Assembly (NCBI GenBank): GCA_964519015.1
Contig: CAZFHZ010000002.1
Span: 397-64,396 of the forward strand
Source of the DNA: an uncultured Gemmatimonadota bacterium
GTDB lineage: Bacteria > Blakebacterota > Blakebacteria > Blakebacterales > CAYUVJ01
Direction: 5' to 3'
Length of the DNA stretch: 64,000 bases
Under the pieces are notes generated by a model, which was not told the origin of the DNA, did no database searches, and worked only from the letters and a program-made list of their open reading frames with translations. The translations under genes and the position numbers were made by a program. Of this stretch, positions 45,366-54,777 are shown piece by piece (position 1 is the first letter of the stretch; the number at the start of each line of letters is the position of its first letter).

Positions 45366-46301
45366 TCACGCCCCGAAGCGGGCCAGGATCTCCTTGACCC
45401 GGGTCGTGATCGCCAATGCCTCCGCTTTCTTCCGCTGCCACATGTTGCGGCCGAAGATCAGGCCGGTCGCCCCCGCCCGCATGGCCATCTCGACCTTCTT
45501 GAGCAGGTCGTCGTCCCCCATCTTCGAACCACCCGAGAGCAGGACCATGCTGTTACCGGCCGAGAGGATCACCTTGCGGAGCATATCCTCGGGAGTCATA
45601 TCCAGGTCGTTGTAGGGCTTGGGGCTGTCCGGGCTGGTCCCCTTCGGGACGTTCAACTTGATCACGTCGGCACCCAGCTCGTGGGCCAGCCGCGCCGCGT
45701 AGTCGATCGCATAGAGGGAGTCCCGCCCCCCCTTGGTCTCGATGGCCGATCCGCGGGGATACGACCAGACCACCAGGGGCATCCCGAACTCGTCGCAGGC
45801 CTGGCGTGCCTCGACCAGTTGCATGATGTCTTCGTCCTGCCGCGGGCTGCCCACGAAGAGGGTATAGCCCACCGCGTCCGCCCCGAGGCGCACGGCGTCC
45901 TCCACCGTGGCCGTCAGCGGCGAGAGGGCTTCGTCATCCGAGGGTATGGTGCTCTTGCCGTTGATCTTGAGCAGCAATGGCACCTTGCCGGCATAGGGTC
46001 CCATATACCGGTCGGCCAGACCGTAGTGGAGGGCGATCCCGGAGTAACCTCCGGCGAGAGCCAGATCCCACTGGAATCGCGGATCGATAGAGTCGGGATT
46101 GTCGAACATGTCGATCGGTCCGTGTTCCACCCCCTGGTCGATCGGCAGCAGCAGCAGGGTCCCGTTGCCGGGACCGTGCTCATAGAGCAAGCGGTGGAGA
46201 CGCACCCGCTTGCCGTGTGCCAGACCGGTCAGGTTCTCCAGGGTGGGACGGGGGATTTCGACCTTGAGGGTCCCTTTCGCGTCGACACTCTTCACCGCCA
46301 T
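45366..46301 (-). CDS. Class I fructose-bisphosphate aldolase (DhnA/FbaB family)
   Basis: LPIDQGVEHGP, AVRLGADAVG.T.F.GS, WSYPRG, ELGADVIKL, LSGG, GLIFGRN.WQR. Confidence 0.92.
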   Translation of the reverse strand: MAVKSVDAKGTLKVEIPRPTLENLTGLAHGKRVRLHRLLYEHGPGNGTLLLLPIDQGVEHGPIDMFDNPDSIDPRFQWDLALAGGYSGIALHYGLADRYMGPYAGKVPLLLKINGKSTIPSDDEALSPLTATVEDAVRLGADAVGYTLFVGSPRQDEDIMQLVEARQACDEFGMPLVVWSYPRGSAIETKGGRDSLYAIDYAARLAHELGADVIKLNVPKGTSPDSPKPYNDLDMTPEDMLRKVILSAGNSMVLLSGGSKMGDDDLLKKVEMAMRAGATGLIFGRNMWQRKKAEALAITTRVKEILARFGA

Positions 46302-46350
46302 CGGACTGCTCCTTGCGGCTGGGAACGCACCGGGTGCGGTCCCGCAGTGG

Positions 46351-47253
46351 TTACTTCTTCAACGAGAACATCGCCTTGAACACGTGCCCGGCCACGGCGG
46401 GATTCTCCTTCAGGCGCCGGGTCGAGTAAGCATACCACGCTTCCCCGTACGGTACGTAGACCCTGAGGTGATGGCCGGCTGCCACGATCTCCCGTCGCAG
46501 ACCGGGGAGTACCCCCAGCAGCACCTGGAACTCGTATCGGTCTTTCGACAGGCCCATCTGCTCCACGAGTTGGAAGGAACGTTGCACCAGTTGCCGGTCG
46601 TGGGTGGCGATCCCCACGTGGCAGTCGTTCTGAAGCAGAAGTTCGACCATCGCCATGAAGTTCTCGCGCACCTTCTCGCGGTCCCGGTAGGCGATACTCT
46701 CCGGCTCCACGTAGATCCCCTTGCAGACGCGGACCGAGACCTTCAGGGGCAGGAGTGAGCGGATGTCATCCAGACTGCGATGGAGCATGGACTGGAGCAC
46801 GACGCCCACGTTGTCGTATTTCTCGCGCAGCCGCCGGTAGAGGGCCAGCGTGTCGTCGGTCGTGCTGGAGTCCTCCATGTCGATGCGGACGTAACTGGCC
46901 CGCTCCCCCGCCCGGTCCATGATCCGCCGCACGTTCTGCTCGCAAAGGTCGGGGGCGATCTTCTGGCCGAGTGCCGAGAGCTTGATGGAGATGTTGGCGT
47001 CGATCCCCTCCGAGGCGATGCGATCGAGCGTGTTCAGATACATCTGGGTGAAGGCCATGGTCTCTTCGTCCCGGGTCACTTCCTCCCCCAGCACGTCCAT
47101 GGTGGCGCGGCAGCCTTCGGCCATGAGGGTGCGCACGGTGGCCATCCCGTCGTCCAGGGTATCCCCGGCGATATAGGGATGGGCGACCCGACCTACGATC
47201 ACTTTTGGTACCAGGGGCATGAGGGAGACGACCGCTTTATCGAAGATGCTCAT
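46351..47253 (-). CDS. Monofunctional proline dehydrogenase
   Basis: ISIKLSALG, VRIDMED, VRVCKGIY, IATHD, EFQVLLG, RVYVPYG, RRLKENP. Confidence 0.93.
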   Translation of the reverse strand: MSIFDKAVVSLMPLVPKVIVGRVAHPYIAGDTLDDGMATVRTLMAEGCRATMDVLGEEVTRDEETMAFTQMYLNTLDRIASEGIDANISIKLSALGQKIAPDLCEQNVRRIMDRAGERASYVRIDMEDSSTTDDTLALYRRLREKYDNVGVVLQSMLHRSLDDIRSLLPLKVSVRVCKGIYVEPESIAYRDREKVRENFMAMVELLLQNDCHVGIATHDRQLVQRSFQLVEQMGLSKDRYEFQVLLGVLPGLRREIVAAGHHLRVYVPYGEAWYAYSTRRLKENPAVAGHVFKAMFSLKK

Positions 47254-47349
47254 GGCGTGCAGACTCCCTTCACAGGGGCGGGTGGCGGCAGTCTACGCAG
47301 GCCGGTCGGGAGCGTCAAGCGGTGTCACGGCAGCGCTCCCCGGAACCGG

Positions 47350-48471
47350 TCAACCCTCCTCCCGACCGCGGGATATCTGCGTCAGTTCCTGCTGGCTGAT
47401 CCCCTTCCGTAGGGCCACCACGCTCACGTTCGCGGCCACCGTTCGGGCCAGATCGCGGAAGGCCCGACCGGTCTCCGATTCAGGACTCTGGACCATCACG
47501 GGCGTGCCGGCGTCCCCCCCCTGGCAGATGGTGCCGTCGAGCGGGATTTCCCCGAGGAAGGGGATATCCAGTTCGGTGGCGGCTTTCCTTCCCCCGCCGG
47601 CGGAAAAGATGTCATGACGCTTGCCGCAGCCGTTACAGATGAACCAGGACATGTTCTCGACCAGGCCCAGGATGGGCACTTCCACCCGGGTGAACATACG
47701 CAGCGCCCGGGTCACATCCTCCAGGGCGACCTCCTGGGGAGTGGTGACCACGATGGCGCCGGAGAGCGGTGCGCTCTGGACCAGGGTGAGTTGGGCATCG
47801 CCCGTGCCCGGGGGAAGGTCGACGACCAGGTAATCCAGCTCCCCCCAGGCGGTGTTGGCGAGGAACTCCTGGACCATCTTGCCCACCAGCGGTCCGCGCC
47901 AGATGACCGGACTGCGCTCATCCGCGATGAACCCGATGGACATGAGTTTGATCCCGTAACGATCGATCGGGATCAGTTTCTTGTCGTTGGTGATCGAGGG
48001 ACGCTCGTGGGTCCCGAACATGATGTGCTGGCTGGGGCCGTAGATATCGGCGTCCAGCAGGCCGACCCGGGCTCCCTCCGCGGCCAGGGCCAGCGCCAGG
48101 TTAGCCGCCACCGTGGATTTGCCCACCCCCCCTTTACCGCTGGCCACGGCGATGCTGTGGGCGATCCCGGGGATCAGGTTCTGATGGACGACGCCGCGGG
48201 TGGCCGTGTTGGCGGTCATGCGGATCTCGACGGAAGAGACCCCGTCAAGACCGCCGACCAGCTCCCGGGCCTGGTCCCGGAAGTGCTCTTTGACGGGACA
48301 GGCGGGGGTGGTCAACTCGATGTCGAAGGCGACCCGGCCCGCCTCGATGACCAGGTTCTTCACGAAGCCCAGGCTGACGATGTCCTGGTGCAGGTCGGGG
48401 TCCTGGATGGCTCGGAGGGCATCTAGCACCATCGCCTCGGTGGGGCCCGGGACTTGCTTCGCTGACGTCAT
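47350..48471 (-). CDS. mrp: Mrp/NBP35 (ApbC) Fe-S cluster carrier ATPase
   Basis: DPDLHQDIVSLG, TPACPVK, ASGKGGVGKST, DADIYGPS, WRGP, DLPPGTGD, VENMS..C..C; ATG at 48471. Confidence 0.95.
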   Translation of the reverse strand: MTSAKQVPGPTEAMVLDALRAIQDPDLHQDIVSLGFVKNLVIEAGRVAFDIELTTPACPVKEHFRDQARELVGGLDGVSSVEIRMTANTATRGVVHQNLIPGIAHSIAVASGKGGVGKSTVAANLALALAAEGARVGLLDADIYGPSQHIMFGTHERPSITNDKKLIPIDRYGIKLMSIGFIADERSPVIWRGPLVGKMVQEFLANTAWGELDYLVVDLPPGTGDAQLTLVQSAPLSGAIVVTTPQEVALEDVTRALRMFTRVEVPILGLVENMSWFICNGCGKRHDIFSAGGGRKAATELDIPFLGEIPLDGTICQGGDAGTPVMVQSPESETGRAFRDLARTVAANVSVVALRKGISQQELTQISRGREEG

Positions 48472-48496
48472 GGTTCTTCCCTTTGCTATATATAAA

Positions 48497-48545
48497 TGGT
48501 GTCCCCAGGGGGAATCGAACCCGTGCGGATTGGGACGCCCCGGTT
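48497..48545 (-). repeat. Degenerate duplicate of the tRNA-Glu 3' half (att-like)
   Basis: TGGTGTCCCCAGGGGGAATCGAACCC is identical at 48497-48522 and 48621-48646; weaker similarity continues towards the anticodon arm. Confidence 0.8.
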
Positions 48546-48620
48546 CCTCTCCGCCCCGGGCCGTCCCGATCCTGCAACGACATTCACGACGTGTCCTGTG
48601 GACCCATCGTGAACACACGA

Positions 48621-48696
48621 TGGTGTCCCCAGGGGGAATCGAACCCCCGTTTCCGGATTGAAAGCCCGGTGTCCTAGGCCACTGGACGATGGGGAC
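48621..48696 (-). tRNA. tRNA-Glu (TTC)
   Basis: GTCCCCA...TGGGGAC acceptor stem, CT-TTC-AA anticodon loop, GGTTCGATTCC T-arm, encoded CCA; 76 nt. Confidence 0.95.
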
Positions 48697-48698
48697 GA

Positions 48699-48776
48699 TG
48701 GGGAGAGAGAGGGGATTTGAACCCCCGGCCCCCAGGGCCACAACCTGGTGCTCTAACCAACTGAGCTACTCTCTCC
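48699..48776 (-). tRNA. tRNA-His (GTG)
   Basis: 8-bp acceptor including G-1 (GGAGAGAG/CTCTCTCC), TAGCTCAGTTGG D-arm, TT-GTG-GC loop, GGTTCAAATCC, CCA. Confidence 0.95.
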
Positions 48777-48786
48777 ACGTGCCGGT

Positions 48787-48863
48787 TGGCGCGCCTGGCA
48801 GGAGTCGAACCTGCGACCGGTGGATTAGAAGTCCACTGCTCTATCCAACTGAGCTACAGGCGC
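48787..48863 (-). tRNA. tRNA-Arg (TCT)
   Basis: GCGCCTG...CAGGCGC acceptor, CT-TCT-AA loop, GGTTCGACTCC, CCA. Confidence 0.95.
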
Positions 48864-49041
48864 TCGCAGGTCATTGCTCCAGAATACGCCAAAATGCACG
48901 GCACCTCCAACACACGCAACGCGAATCACTTGCGGGGTACCCTCCGGACGCATACCCTGAGCGTAAACAGGACGCTCCGGGCTGCGTATCAATGTTGTCG
49001 GACCCACTGAACCCGGACCTCACCATCCGAGGAGCCCTCAG

Positions 49042-49647
49042 GTGACCCTACCCTTCCACCGCCTCGCCCCGATCGTCCTGCTGCTCACCTTCTCCCTCCC
49101 CACCCAGGGACAGGAGTCGGTGGTCACACCGTCGGGATCGGCCTCCCTGCTCGGTCTGAGGGTTACTCCCCTGTGGATGGCCACCCGTTACAGCCTATCG
49201 GACGTGATCTCGGCTTCCAATCCGCTCGCTGCTCCCGCTCCCATGCAGTACGGGGTCGGCGCCGCGGACTGGGAAGTGGGTCGGGCCTGGCTCGGGTCCC
49301 TGATCGGTCTGGGCTATGCTTATGTCGGTGACCTGCTGGTCCACTACCAGACCGATTTCAGCAAGGGGAACATGTTCCTGGACGAGGACGGCAGTTCGGG
49401 AGAGGTCGTCTACAACGTCCTGCTCTATAGCACCTTCGCCCCTTTGTTCAGCCTGCGCAGCCTGCGCCAGGTGAATCCCTGGTACGGCAGCAAGACCGGG
49501 GGTTATCTGGGCGGGGTGGTGGGCAGTCTGGCCGGTCTCGCCTACTGGACCAACCTCGGTGAGGTCAACAACGCGGCCGGCATCCTGGTCACCAGCGGCC
49601 TGATGGCCATCGGCACGACGCTCGGATACCACCTCTTCCGCAGGTAA
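49042..49647 (+). CDS. Hypothetical exported/membrane protein
   Basis: GAGGAG RBS, GTG start, signal peptide, several Gly-rich hydrophobic helices; no recognised family. Confidence 0.7.
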   Translation: MTLPFHRLAPIVLLLTFSLPTQGQESVVTPSGSASLLGLRVTPLWMATRYSLSDVISASNPLAAPAPMQYGVGAADWEVGRAWLGSLIGLGYAYVGDLLVHYQTDFSKGNMFLDEDGSSGEVVYNVLLYSTFAPLFSLRSLRQVNPWYGSKTGGYLGGVVGSLAGLAYWTNLGEVNNAAGILVTSGLMAIGTTLGYHLFRR

Positions 49648-49659
49648 AGTTAGGAAACC

Positions 49660-49736
49660 TGGTCGGGGCGGCCGGATTTGAACCGGCGACATCCTGCTCC
49701 CAAAGCAGGTGCGCTACCGGACTGCGCCACGCCCCG
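49660..49736 (-). tRNA. tRNA-Pro (TGG)
   Basis: CGGGGCG...CGCCCCG acceptor, TT-TGG-GA loop, GGTTCAAATCC, CCA. Confidence 0.95.
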
Positions 49737-49758
49737 AGCTGCTCGTCGACTCAGGCGG

Positions 49759-50397
49759 TCAATCTAACGGTTCCCCTTCACGGGCCAAAGCCTCGAGGTG
49801 TCCCGCCAGCTCTCCGAAGGCCCGGGCCCGGTGGGAATGCCGTCGTTTATAAGCTGCCCCCAGTTCGGCGACCGTCCGCCCCTTTTCCGGGATGAGGAAG
49901 ACGGGATCGTAGCCGAACCCGGAGCTCCCCCGTTCCCGGTCGGTAATCACACCCGCCCACTCCCCCCGGCAGACCCTCTCCTGAGCCGGCCCGGAGCCCG
50001 GCACCACCAGCACGGCCGTGCAGACGAACCGCGCCCGGCGTCCCTCTTCCGGCACCCCGGCCAGTCGTTCCAGCAGCAGTCTCCGGTTGGCGGCGTCATC
50101 GGCCGCCCCGCCGGCGAAGCGGGAGGAGTGCAGACCCGGCCCGCCGTCGAGCGCCGCCACCTCCAGACCGGAGTCGTCGGCCACCGCCGGCAGGCCGCTG
50201 GCTCCGGCCAGCGCCCGCGCCTTCTTCAGCGCGTTCTCCTCATAGGAGGTACCGTCCTCGACCACGTCCAGCCGCAGGTCCAGGTCGGCCGGGGTCAGCA
50301 AGACCACCGGGGCCGTCCCGAGCAATTCCCGGATCTCCTTCACCTTGTTCCGGTTACCCGTGGCCAGGGCGATCCGCAGCCGTTCCCCTCGCTTCAC
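49759..50397 (-). CDS. rdgB: dITP/XTP pyrophosphatase (RdgB/HAM1)
   Basis: ATGNRNKVKE, EDGTSYEENALKKA, ADDSGLEV, GFGYDPVF, SHRARA. Confidence 0.95.
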   Translation of the reverse strand: MKRGERLRIALATGNRNKVKEIRELLGTAPVVLLTPADLDLRLDVVEDGTSYEENALKKARALAGASGLPAVADDSGLEVAALDGGPGLHSSRFAGGAADDAANRRLLLERLAGVPEEGRRARFVCTAVLVVPGSGPAQERVCRGEWAGVITDRERGSSGFGYDPVFLIPEKGRTVAELGAAYKRRHSHRARAFGELAGHLEALAREGEPLD

Positions 50398-51536
50398 ACT
50401 CCCTCCGGCTCGGCGCGACCCGCCGCCCCTTCGCGGGCCAGCTGGTCCTCCAGTTCGTCGACCTCATCGGGCCACTCGAGCAACGCCTCGCCATCCTTGC
50501 GCCGGCGCAGGTCGAGGTAGAAGGCGGTCAGACCGCCGGTCAGGCTGCTCATCGAATAGGCGGCGACCACTCCGGTGGACAACAGCAGGGTGATCCCGGC
50601 CAGGAGGGCGCCGAGCAGCGGCCCGGGAGCGGCGGGGAAAGGACCGGGGACCGGAGCCCCGGCCACGATCGGCGGCAGGGCGACCAGCCAGCGTGACGGG
50701 TCGGCGAAGAGCGGGCAGCCCAGGGGGAGGAAGTGGAGGGCGGCGCCGGCGATCGCGTGAAAGCCTTCTCCCATGGCCGGTGCGACCACTCCGGCGAAGA
50801 GGCCGAGGGCCGAGAAGAGGAGCGAGGCGCCCAGCCAGGACGCCACCGCCGTCGTGCCCACGACCACCACCACGCCGGCGGCCGTCCGCCAGGGGAGGGC
50901 GAAGATCAGCCCGAAGACCTGGACGAGCCCTTCGACCGGGTCGTCCCCGGTGGTCCCGACCACCGCCGGGACGAAGAGCAGGCCGGTCAGCAGGGCCAGC
51001 AGCAGGAGCACACCGGCGAGCGCGACGACCAGTCCGAGCGGTGCCGACAGGCCGACCAGGAACGGACCGAGCTGGGGGATGCGACCGATCCAGCCGAGCA
51101 GGGTCAGCCCGAGGACGGCCGGGATCAGCAGGAGGCCGAGCAGGAAGGGGGCGCCGATAGTCGAGCGGGCATGGGCGAGGGCGAACCGCCAGGCGTCATT
51201 CGCCCCATAGAAGTCATCCCCCTTCAGTTCCCGGTAGGTGATCTTGGCCACTCCGGCGGCAGCCGTCAACACGAGCAGCAGGCCGGCCACCAGCCCGGTG
51301 TTCCAGATGAGGTCGGGCAACAGACCCTGTCCGGGCGGCAGGGGGAAGAGATACTCGGAACGCCAGACGGAGGCCGGCGCGTCCCCGGCGACCAGGTGAG
51401 CGAGGTAGCCCATGACCAGGTAGCCGAACCAGCCCCAGGCGAGGCCGCGGAAGGCCACCGCCATCTTCTTGATGCTGGCCCCCAGCCGGGGCGACCGCCA
51501 CGCTTCCCACATCCCGCCGCGTAATGAACCCTGCAT
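50394..51536 (-). CDS. Hypothetical integral membrane protein
   Basis: About 7-8 hydrophobic segments; overlaps the rdgB start (GTGA); C-terminal YLDLRRRKDG. Confidence 0.75.
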   Translation of the reverse strand: MQGSLRGGMWEAWRSPRLGASIKKMAVAFRGLAWGWFGYLVMGYLAHLVAGDAPASVWRSEYLFPLPPGQGLLPDLIWNTGLVAGLLLVLTAAAGVAKITYRELKGDDFYGANDAWRFALAHARSTIGAPFLLGLLLIPAVLGLTLLGWIGRIPQLGPFLVGLSAPLGLVVALAGVLLLLALLTGLLFVPAVVGTTGDDPVEGLVQVFGLIFALPWRTAAGVVVVVGTTAVASWLGASLLFSALGLFAGVVAPAMGEGFHAIAGAALHFLPLGCPLFADPSRWLVALPPIVAGAPVPGPFPAAPGPLLGALLAGITLLLSTGVVAAYSMSSLTGGLTAFYLDLRRRKDGEALLEWPDEVDELEDQLAREGAAGRAEPEGV

Positions 51537-51547
51537 CGTCCCCTCCT

Positions 51548-52402
51548 CTAGCTGCGGTGCCGACCGTCCTTGCTCCGCCCTGATGATACATCGAGCCCCG
51601 CCTCGAGCACACGGGCGAGGGCCACGAACTCCTCCAGGGAGAGACTCTCCGGCCGGCGGGTCAGGTCGATCCCCGATTCGGTGCCCGCGGCGGTCAGTCC
51701 CTCGCGGTCGAGACCGGTCAGAGATCCCAGGCTGTTGTGCAGCATCTTGCGCCGCTGAGCGAAGGCGGTCCGGACCACGGTGTGGAGGGCCCGGCGGGAG
51801 GGTCCGGTCTCGGAACCGACACCGAAACGGGACCGGGGGAGCAGGGTGAGCCGGAGTACGGCCGAGTCCACCCGTGGCGGGGGCTGGAAGGCGCCGCGCC
51901 CCACCCGGAAGAGCAGTTCGACGTCCGCCTGCACGGCCAGCAGCACACTCAGGATCCCGTAGATCCGGCTCCCCGGTCCGGCCGAGAGCCGTTCGGCCAC
52001 CTCCTTCTGCATCATCAGGACCGCACGTTCCGGAGGGGCCTCGGAGTCCAGCACCGCGAAGAGGATCGGGCTGGTGATGGCATAAGGGAGGTTACCGACC
52101 AGCAGCCAGCCCTCCGCCGGCACCGGTCCCAGCCAGTCCGCCAGGGGACGGGCGAGCACATCGGCGCGATGTACGACCACCTGGTCGGCCGACCACCGGT
52201 GGGTGAGCGAGGAGGCCAGCCGGCGGTCGATCTCCACGGCGATCAGCCGGCGGGCGCGGGAGGCGATCCGGCTGGTCAGCACTCCTCGGCCGGGGCCGAT
52301 CTCGAGCACCTCCCGTCCGTCCGGGTCGAGCGCTTGCACGATCCGGTCCGCCACCGCTCCATCGTGCAGGAAATGCTGCCCCAGCGGCGGACGGCGGGCC
52401 AT
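51548..52402 (-). CDS. rsmA: 16S rRNA dimethyladenosine transferase RsmA/KsgA
   Basis: LGQHFL, LEIGPGRG.LT, AVEID, VGNLPYAITSP, QKEVAERL, F.PPPRVDS, FAQRRKML. Confidence 0.96.
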   Translation of the reverse strand: MARRPPLGQHFLHDGAVADRIVQALDPDGREVLEIGPGRGVLTSRIASRARRLIAVEIDRRLASSLTHRWSADQVVVHRADVLARPLADWLGPVPAEGWLLVGNLPYAITSPILFAVLDSEAPPERAVLMMQKEVAERLSAGPGSRIYGILSVLLAVQADVELLFRVGRGAFQPPPRVDSAVLRLTLLPRSRFGVGSETGPSRRALHTVVRTAFAQRRKMLHNSLGSLTGLDREGLTAAGTESGIDLTRRPESLSLEEFVALARVLEAGLDVSSGRSKDGRHRS

Positions 52403-52403
52403 C

Positions 52404-53189
52404 TCATCCCCTCCCGGCGCATCTGGGGAAGACCCGGAAAGCGTTCGCGCGGGTCCGCTCGGCCACCTCCTCCGGTCCCAGCCCCAGCACTTCGGCCAGC
52501 ACCCCGGCGGTCAGGGTGATCAGGGCGGGCTCGTTACGCTTTCCCCGGTGGGGTGCCGGGGCCAGGAAGGGACTGTCGGTCTCCAGCAGGATCCGGTCGA
52601 AGTCCCAGGCGGCGACCCGCTCCCGCAGGTCACTCGAACGGAAGGTCAGCACGCCCCCCAGTCCGAGATAGTGTCCGCATTCGATCGCCCAGCGGCCATA
52701 CATCTCATCCCCGGTGAAGCAGTGGAAGACGGCCGTGACCCCTCTCCCCCAGGACTCGATCGCCTCCCGCAGTTCGGTGTCGGCCCGGCGGTTGTGGAGC
52801 ACCACCGGCAGACCGGTCCGACGAGCCAGGTCCAGGTGGTCACGCAGGGCGGCCAACTGGATCTCCCGGTCGACATGCTCCCGGTAGAAGTCGAGCCCGG
52901 TCTCCCCGATCGCCACCACCCGGGGATGGGTACAGAGGGCCTCGATGGCCTTCAGATTGCCCGCCGGGTCGGCGGCGTATTCCTGGAGGTCGTTGGGATG
53001 CAGGCCGACGGCGGCCCAGCAGAGGGGTTCCCGCTCGGCCAGGGCCAGGCAGCTGCGGCTGGTGGCCACCGTGGTCCCCAGGTTGAGCACCTCCCCCACC
53101 CCGGCCGCCCGGGCCCGGGCGAGCACCTCCTCCCGGTCGGCATCGAAATCGCTCCACCAGAGATGGGCGTGGGTGTCGAAGAGGGTCAA
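52404..53189 (-). CDS. tatD: TatD family hydrolase
   Basis: DTHAHL, VGLHP, AIGETGLD, VLHNR, FHCF, LLETDSPFLAP. Confidence 0.95.
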   Translation of the reverse strand: MTLFDTHAHLWWSDFDADREEVLARARAAGVGEVLNLGTTVATSRSCLALAEREPLCWAAVGLHPNDLQEYAADPAGNLKAIEALCTHPRVVAIGETGLDFYREHVDREIQLAALRDHLDLARRTGLPVVLHNRRADTELREAIESWGRGVTAVFHCFTGDEMYGRWAIECGHYLGLGGVLTFRSSDLRERVAAWDFDRILLETDSPFLAPAPHRGKRNEPALITLTAGVLAEVLGLGPEEVAERTRANAFRVFPRCAGRG

Positions 53190-54763
53190 GCCCGGAGCTC
53201 CTCCGGCAGTTCCGCCCGCGGGAAGAGCCCTTCACCACCGGGCAGGGGGGCACCGGCGGTCAGTCCTCCCCAGGCGGTGAGGGCTTCATAGTCCCCCCCC
53301 GGCTGCGGGGCGGGGGCACCGAGCTGGGCCAGCAGCGCCGCCATCCGCTCCGGCATGACCGGCAGCAGCAGCAGGCCGGCGATGCGCAGGGCCTCGGCGC
53401 CGTGATAGAGGACCGAGTCGAGCACCTGGCCCGACTCCTCCCGCTTGGCCAGCTGCCACGGTTCGCGCACCTCGAGGTAGCGGTTCACTTCGCGCACCAG
53501 GCCCATGGCCACATCGAGGGCGTCGTTGATGGCCAGATGTTCGAGTCCGGTGCGCACGCGTCCCGGAGCGGCTCCGGCCAGCGCCACCAGGTCCCGCTCC
53601 GGGTCCTCCACCAGCGCCCCGGAAGGGAGCACCCCCTGGCGGTAGCGGTCCACCATCCGGGTCACGCGGTTCAAGGCGTTCCCCAGTCCGTTGGCCAGGT
53701 CGCTGTTGTAGCGCTGGACCAGTTCCACCTCGCTGAAGGAACGGTCCTGCCCCAGGGTCATGTCGCGCATCAGGAAGTACCGGAAGGCGTCCACTCCGTA
53801 GCGTTCGGCCAGTTCCAGCGGCTGGATCACGTTGCCGCGGCTCTTCGACATCTTCTGCTCGTCCACCAGCCACCAGCCGTGGGCGGCGATCCGGCCGGGC
53901 AGCGCCAGGCCGGCCGCTTTGAGCATGGTGGGCCAGTAGACGCAGTGGGTGGTGACGATGTCCTTGCCGATCAGGTGGAGGTCGGCGGGCCACCAGCTCC
54001 CCGGACCCGCCGGTCCGTCCAGCGCCTGCACGGCGCTGACGTAGTTGAGCAGCGCATCGAACCAGACATAGGTTACGTAGCCGTCGTCGAAAGGGAGTGG
54101 GATCCCCCAGCTCAGCCGGCTCTTCGGTCGGCTGATACAGAGGTCGGTCAATCCCTGCCGCAGGAAGCCGAGCACTTCGTTGCAGCGCGACTCGGGGAAG
54201 ATGAACCCGGGATTCGACTCGATGTGCCCGATCAGCCATTCCCGGTAGGCGGACATGCGGAAGAAGTAGTTCGTCTCCTCCAGCTCCACGACGGGGCGCC
54301 CGCACTCCGGGCAGTTCCCTTCGACCAGGTCCTTCTCGGTCCAGAAGCGCTCGTCGGGGACGCAGTACCACCCCTTGTAGGGGGCGGAGTAGATCTCCCC
54401 GGCGTCCCAGAGCTGTTGCAGGATCTGTTGCACATAGGCGATGTGGTCGCCGTCGGTGGTCCGGATGAAACGGTCGTACCGGATATCGAGCCGCTCCCAG
54501 AACTCCTTGAAGCGGATCACCACGCTGTCGCAGTACTCCTTCGGCTGCATCCCCTCGGCTTCGGCGGCTTCCTGGATCTTGAGCCCGTGCTCGTCGGTGC
54601 CGGTCAGAAACCACGCCGGCCGCCCGAAGAGGAGGTGGTAGCGGGCCAGTACGTCGGCCAGGATGGTCGTATAGGCGTGCCCGATGTGGGGGATGCCGTT
54701 GACGTAGTAGATGGGCGTGGTGACGTAGAAGCGTTCCGGATGGTCAGCACTCACAGGGCACAC
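53186..54763 (-). CDS. metG: Methionine--tRNA ligase (short form, no C-terminal tRNA-binding domain)
   Basis: YVTTPIYYVN..PHIGHAYTT, GTDEHGLKI, YVWFDAL.NY, IGKDI, KMSKSRGN. Confidence 0.97.
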   Translation of the reverse strand: MCPVSADHPERFYVTTPIYYVNGIPHIGHAYTTILADVLARYHLLFGRPAWFLTGTDEHGLKIQEAAEAEGMQPKEYCDSVVIRFKEFWERLDIRYDRFIRTTDGDHIAYVQQILQQLWDAGEIYSAPYKGWYCVPDERFWTEKDLVEGNCPECGRPVVELEETNYFFRMSAYREWLIGHIESNPGFIFPESRCNEVLGFLRQGLTDLCISRPKSRLSWGIPLPFDDGYVTYVWFDALLNYVSAVQALDGPAGPGSWWPADLHLIGKDIVTTHCVYWPTMLKAAGLALPGRIAAHGWWLVDEQKMSKSRGNVIQPLELAERYGVDAFRYFLMRDMTLGQDRSFSEVELVQRYNSDLANGLGNALNRVTRMVDRYRQGVLPSGALVEDPERDLVALAGAAPGRVRTGLEHLAINDALDVAMGLVREVNRYLEVREPWQLAKREESGQVLDSVLYHGAEALRIAGLLLLPVMPERMAALLAQLGAPAPQPGGDYEALTAWGGLTAGAPLPGGEGLFPRAELPEELRA

Positions 54764-54777
54764 CGATCGTCATAGGA

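Noticed and set aside
48471-48741. N-terminal extension of the 463-aa mrp ORF
   Set aside because: It reads through tRNA-His and tRNA-Glu; the real start is the ATG at 48471.
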